Source: a candidate division FCPU426 bacterium
Lineage (GTDB): Bacteria; Oederibacteriota; Muellerivitia; Muellerivitales; Muellerivitaceae
Reading direction: 5' to 3'
NCBI GenBank assembly: GCA_963796105.1
Contig: CAWCKJ010000004.1
Location: forward strand, 1,120,001-1,184,000
Length of the DNA stretch: 64,000 nt
The notes under the pieces were generated by a model. That model did not search any database. It had not been told where the DNA came from and worked only from the letters and a program-made list of their open reading frames with translations. The position numbers and the translations under genes were made by a program. Numbering within the stretch: position 1 is the stretch's first letter; each line of letters starts with the position of its first letter. Shown in pieces: positions 60,301 to 64,000 of this stretch.

Positions 60301-61614
60301 AACGGGGGCAACGTGGTGAAGCTGGACATGACCAGCGCCGGGGCGCCCGTGACCGCGTTCGGCGTGGTCCACCCCGTGCGTATGGCCGCGGACGCCTCGG
60401 GGGGAGTGTACGTCACCGATGATTACACGGTGAAAAAGTTCGTGGAAGGCGCCCCTAACCAATACAGTTGCGTGGCCACCCTGGGCACCCCCAACGTGTC
60501 GGGGACGGGCGCCACGCTTTTCAACAAGCCCTATAACGTCCTGCCGGAGGGAAACGACCTCATCATCGCCGACAACTCGAACGCCCGCATCGTCCGTTGG
60601 ACGACCACCGACGGGGTCCATTACGCCTACGCTAACACGCTTTACACCTCCACGACCGGGGCCGCTTTCGACCAGATGGCGTTGGAACCGGGAACTAACC
60701 ATGTCCATGTGGGGAGCGATTACGCCGGTTATTTCATATTCGACCAATCCACGACGCCTTGGACGCTGTTGTTCCAATGCAATCCAAGCGGGAGCGGGAA
60801 CAGCACCGGCGGGGTGGCGGTGGATTCGAACTGGCTCTATGTCTCGACCGCCCCGGCCAATCCCGCGGGAAGGTACCAGAAGCCCCAGTTGGCATGCTTC
60901 ACGCCCGTCACGCTTCCCACCAACTCACCCACGCCAAACCTGTCCTTGACCCCGACCAATAGCCCGACCGCCTCACCTACCCAGTCAGCCACTCCCACCC
61001 ATACGGCCACTCCAAGTCCGACTCCCACGGTCACTTTGACCTCCACGGGAACCCCTACTCAAAGCCCGACAGGAACCCTGTCGCCATCGAATACCCCGAC
61101 GGATACCCCCATATTGACGATGACGCCTACACCCTCGGATACAGGCACATCCACCGCGACTCCAACCCCTACTCCGACCTTTTCTTTCACGTCCACATCC
61201 ACACCTAGTCCCACTAATACACCAACCCCAACGGATACTTGGACGGCGACGTCCACGAATACATTGACCCCTACCGCGTCCCCTACTGAGACCTTCACCC
61301 CCACTTTCTCTTCCACGCCGGCCGCGACGGGTGTGGTCATCGGACCGCCCTTTCCCAACCCCGCCGGTCCCGGGCCCCTCACCATCCCATTGCTGGCGCC
61401 AACCGGCTCGACGGTGGAATGGAGCGTTTTCACCACGGCTTTCCGCAAGATCCTGGACGTGACCCAACCCATCCAGGGCGGTCCCGCGGCCCTGGCCTGG
61501 AAGCTGGAAGACGCCTGGGGGAAACCGGTCGCCGACGGTCTTTATTACCTGAGGGTCCAAGTGACAGGCCCGGTCAAGGCCTCCAGGATTCTCAAGGTCC
61601 TGGTGACCCGTTAA
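57376..61614 (+). CDS. Secreted multi-NHL beta-propeller protein with T/P stalk and T9SS-A-like CTD
   Basis: STA|Q; repeated AD.VLGQ.DF and D..NNRVL.Y; FPNP..VFTTAFRKI..VADGLYY..KVLVTR. Confidence 0.87.
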   Translation: MKPKIIILNPGNLTWVLVISLAFGFLAPAVSTAQSPVTPVRGVTGDLWADTVLGQLDFASMTDGVMGNKHLCRPGGAFIDRVSNPQRLYVYDAGNNRILGFSNIATLQPNLSAAAGYGADIVLGQPDFTHTYANGDSQLQVFPGFPFAEYLSLTDPLPAPTASSLCLLDPRVVSPGESGSDTTLAVDSQANLYVVDFYNNRVLRYNSPVTSGEAASYVWGQPDFAGYNPNQGGSPTNSTLCFPNGRGFLVAGVAIDNWGNLWVTDTGNDRVMRFPNPNAPGLGVPVTTADIILGQTGSPAALDTDWTRFYYPGSVRVDTYGNVFVADGPPSAARSTQGGRVLIFEPTGNSNGLPTYNSGETASGWITYGLSWPTGLEFDASGNLWVNDTLDQILQYTLNYSTSPPTATAQKLLLLAQVNTGSNFADPTSADGPDFSNYAYPPGSTLQAWAPEGFHENWGGLGVDQAGDVWVSFINVMVDVLRYPVPIPNIGALPAGEAHAPDVSVFKPPLNPAVSGYNPITTNSVSGLGLAVGYSSSVTQLIATDNHRMTYWNLDYTNPPSLGLTNGKNADGFAGTTSSVVNFPAGQEFGRIWTDQASPQPHVWVVRGWGGYSQIVEVYNLPLTPWATAAATVTGPFPVFGKGTTFTYGQRLDGIATDPTGSYLWLSDTNNNRVFRLRNPLSSPQVDIILGQTSASTTLVNQGGTLGAKTLNQPGAVAFDHHGNFYVSDFSLEANGNGRLLQFSASSVQNNGTACLFDPAASNVYAENGNLSGSCANFGNPSLSPCGPWEPAFRSDDNVMVVGTMGYTGSRWPVVFYYPLLNFNSPTTFMNDFQSMGGYSQAFDSQDNLFLADPDREHVLVYWKPFAAELPATATPTPTPCACPVTQLVYGTNGSGTGNGVVNGAGQIALGTTNGVEYLYICDINNSRVEQYNASTGAWVANLRGAGADNPYGGMSNPYGCALSPDGHYLFVGNTNGGNVVKLDMTSAGAPVTAFGVVHPVRMAADASGGVYVTDDYTVKKFVEGAPNQYSCVATLGTPNVSGTGATLFNKPYNVLPEGNDLIIADNSNARIVRWTTTDGVHYAYANTLYTSTTGAAFDQMALEPGTNHVHVGSDYAGYFIFDQSTTPWTLLFQCNPSGSGNSTGGVAVDSNWLYVSTAPANPAGRYQKPQLACFTPVTLPTNSPTPNLSLTPTNSPTASPTQSATPTHTATPSPTPTVTLTSTGTPTQSPTGTLSPSNTPTDTPILTMTPTPSDTGTSTATPTPTPTFSFTSTSTPSPTNTPTPTDTWTATSTNTLTPTASPTETFTPTFSSTPAATGVVIGPPFPNPAGPGPLTIPLLAPTGSTVEWSVFTTAFRKILDVTQPIQGGPAALAWKLEDAWGKPVADGLYYLRVQVTGPVKASRILKVLVTR

Positions 61615-61853
61615 AAAATCGCCTTGGGGCGAAACCTCACCCCATGGCCGCTTGGCATTAACAACCCGCCAAGGTCCGCCATAGTTTCCTTAAAACACCA
61701 CCACAAGAATTTTGGTTTTAATTGATTGGCTTTGAATGCGCAGAAGTATAATTAATTAGTTTAGAATCGCTAACAAATTACTGATTTAGGATAATGTTGC
61801 TTCCCGCTACAAGTTGAGGTGTTTTAATTTCCTGTGGTTAAGGGGTATTTCAT

Positions 61854-61906
61854 CTCTGTGCCTTTGTGCGCTGCCTTTGGCAGCCTGTGGTGAAAGCCTT
61901 TTTGTT
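61854..61906. repeat. Solo copy of the hairpin element repeated at 63291-63957
   Basis: CTCTGTGCCTTTGTGC-GCTGCC-TTT-GGCAGC-CTGTGGTGAAAGCCTTTTTGTT. Confidence 0.7.
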
Positions 61907-61944
61907 GTGAGTTTTTTATAGGAATCATCTGAAAGGGGAAAAAT

Positions 61945-62466
61945 ATGGAATTTTTCGAAACTGTCAAAAAAAGAAGGTCCATTCGCACCTACCTGCCCAA
62001 GCAAGTCGAGAACGAAAAACTGGAAAAAATCCTGGCGGCCGCCAACCAGGCGCCCTCGGCCGGGGACACCCAGGGCTATGAGATGATCGTCGTGGAGGAC
62101 GCCTATCTCCTGGACCAGTTGTGGAAGACCGTTCCGGACCAGACCTTCGTAAAGCCAGCCCCCTTGGCGGTGGTTTTCTGCGCGAACGAGAAGAGAAGCT
62201 CGGAAAAACACTTAGCGCGCGGGAAAAACTTGTACTGCATCCAGGACGCGACCATTGCCGCGGCCTATGCCCAGCTGGCCGCGGCGGACATGGGATTGGG
62301 AACCGTTTGGGTGGGTTCCTTCAACGAGGAAGAGGTCCGCAAGATCATCGAGGCGCCGGAATACCTCCGGCCGGTGGCCGTCATTCCCTTGGGTTATATC
62401 GGCGGGGACCCGCCCCCGACCTCGCGCCGGGCGCTGTCTGACATCGTCCACAGGGATAAGTTTTAG
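61945..62466 (+). CDS. Nitroreductase family protein
   Basis: RRSIR.Y, APSAG..Q, QDATIA, GLGTVWVGSF. Confidence 0.94.
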   Translation: MEFFETVKKRRSIRTYLPKQVENEKLEKILAAANQAPSAGDTQGYEMIVVEDAYLLDQLWKTVPDQTFVKPAPLAVVFCANEKRSSEKHLARGKNLYCIQDATIAAAYAQLAAADMGLGTVWVGSFNEEEVRKIIEAPEYLRPVAVIPLGYIGGDPPPTSRRALSDIVHRDKF

Positions 62467-62574
62467 TTTTTCCGGGAACCCGATTCTTTCAGCCGGATTA
62501 AAATCTCAAGGGATATTTTTGTCCCACGGCTTCGGGTCAAGGCTTTTGGCTGGAAATCCCCTGAAGGAGAAACA

Positions 62575-63252
62575 ATGCCGCAGGAAATACAAACCATCGA
62601 CTTGGGCATGGTGAATTGCTACCTGGTGAAAACAGACCGGGGTTTTATCCTCATCGACACTGGCATGGCGTCCCACCGCCCCGCGGTGGAGAAAGCCCTG
62701 GTGGAGGCGGGCTGCGCCGAGGGAGGCCTTAAGCTGGTCATCCTCACGCACGGGGACATCGACCATTCCGGCAACTGCGCTTACCTTCAGAGGAAATACA
62801 ACGCGAAAATCGCCATGCACCCAGGCGACGCGGATATGTGCTCCAGCGGTCAAATGAAGATGGACCGAAAGATCACCTCCTTTTTCCATAAAATTTTTAT
62901 GACGATCATGTTCAAGCTTTTCATCGGGCGCTATTTGAGGAAGAACCCCTATGAGATTTTCAAGCCGGATCTCTTGCTGGAAGACGGGCGGTATTTGGGC
63001 GATTTCGGCTTTGACGCCAAGGTGATCCACGTGCCGGGGCACACCAAGGGCTCGATCGTGGTCTTGACCCCGGACGGAAAGCTCCTTTGCGGGGACATCC
63101 TCCAGAACCGGAAAAAACCCGACGTGACCTTTATCGTGGAAAACGAGGCTGAATTGGCGTCCAGCGTCGAGAAGCTCAAGAAGCTTAAAATCGAGGCCGT
63201 GTATCCGGGCCATGGAAAAATGTTCCGGATGGCCGAGTTCGCCAAAAATTAA
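62575..63252 (+). CDS. MBL-fold metallo-hydrolase
   Basis: LIDTG, THGDIDH, PGHTKGS, GD, PGHG. Confidence 0.94.
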   Translation: MPQEIQTIDLGMVNCYLVKTDRGFILIDTGMASHRPAVEKALVEAGCAEGGLKLVILTHGDIDHSGNCAYLQRKYNAKIAMHPGDADMCSSGQMKMDRKITSFFHKIFMTIMFKLFIGRYLRKNPYEIFKPDLLLEDGRYLGDFGFDAKVIHVPGHTKGSIVVLTPDGKLLCGDILQNRKKPDVTFIVENEAELASSVEKLKKLKIEAVYPGHGKMFRMAEFAKN

Positions 63253-63290
63253 TGGGCTTCATGGGATTAAGAAACAAAATTACGCTTTAA

Positions 63291-63957
63291 CACTGAAGCG
63301 CTTCACGCCCAAAGAAGTTGTCGTTAGTTTAAGTTGATAAAAATTTGGTTACTTCTACTGTGTCCCTGTGGCTGTCGTAGACAGCCAGTGGTGAAAAACC
63401 TTTTGTTTGTCATTCTTGTTAAAACTGTGGCGCTTCACGCCCAAAGAAGTTGTCGTTAGTTTAAGTTGATAAAAATTTGGTTATTTCTACTGTGTTCCCT
63501 GTGGTTGTCGTAGACAGCCTGTGGTGAATAACCTTTTTGTTTATCATTCTTGTTAAAACTGTGGCGCTTCACGCCCAATGAAGTTGTCGTTAGTTTAAGT
63601 TGATAAAAATTTGGTTATTTCTACTGTGTTCCCTGTGGCTGTCGTAGACAGCCTGTGGTGAAAAACTTTTTGTTTATCATTCTTGCTAATACTGTGGCGC
63701 TTCATACCCAAAGAAGGTTTCGTTAGGTTTAAGCCGTTAAAACAATGTGGTTTTTCCTACTGTGTACTCTGTGGCTGTCGTAGACAGCCTGTGGTGAAAA
63801 ACTTTTTGTTTATCATTCTTGTTAATACTGTGGCGCTTCATACCCAAAGAAGGTGTCGTTAGGTTTAAGCCGTTAAAACAATGTGGTTTTTCCTACTGTG
63901 TACTCTGTGGCTGTCGTAGACAGCCTGTGGTGAAAAACTTTTGTTTGTAATTCTTAT
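63291..63957. repeat. Non-coding tandem array of five 132-136 bp units
   Basis: GCGCTTCA anchors at 63298, 63430, 63564, 63697 and 63833. Each unit carries GG(C/T)TGTC-GTA-GACAGCC. Confidence 0.97.
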
Positions 63958-63971
63958 TTAAGGAGCCATCC

Positions 63972-64000
63972 ATGGAATACACCCGATTAGGACGAGCCAG
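63972..64000 (+). CDS. 5' end of a probable aldo/keto reductase (truncated by the window)
   Basis: AAGGAG RBS; MEYTRLGRA is a typical AKR N-terminus, but only 9 codons are visible. Confidence 0.45.

Noticed and set aside
63291..63957. CRISPR array interpretation
   Set aside because: Units are ~133 bp, the segments between cores are near-identical rather than unique spacers, and no cas genes are in the window.
1..64000. Diversity-generating retroelement or invertible shufflon acting on the surface genes
   Set aside because: No reverse transcriptase, recombinase or adenine-variant TR/VR pair was detected by eye.

Overview
64 kb of bacterial chromosome with GC-rich coding regions and AT-rich intergenic DNA. 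The organism is diderm, since the window carries TonB-dependent receptors, OM beta-barrels and lipoproteins. I recognised no rRNA, tRNA, transposase, integrase or cas genes. Ordinary genes include def, sixA, uppP, dnaJ, a TBDR-nikR-NiCoT cluster, marR-emrAB, vapBC, nitroreductases and an MBL hydrolase. Mixed among them is a dense cell-surface programme. (i) Six large secreted proteins have Thr/Pro(-Ser) mucin-like stalks; four end in a T9SS-type-A/FlgD-Ig-like C-terminal domain, and two are lipoproteins without it. (ii) Four GT-C-fold membrane glycosyltransferases are present: two GT39-like+PA14, one DUF2723/TMEM260-like and one TMTC-like, with uppP nearby. Together these suggest a protein O-glycosylated 'bacterial mucin' surface layer (inference). 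Other notable items: a lipoprotein whose tip resembles the flagellar hook FlgE D2 domain; a FecR/beta-barrel/NHL-lipoprotein operon; a one-base frameshift in a choice-of-anchor-L gene; and a non-coding array of five 132-136 bp units with a covarying hairpin at the right end, plus a solo copy 1.4 kb upstream. The gene style recalls uncultured phyla such as FCPU426 or Goldbacteria, but this is an unverified impression. All family calls come from motif recognition by eye; no database search was run.
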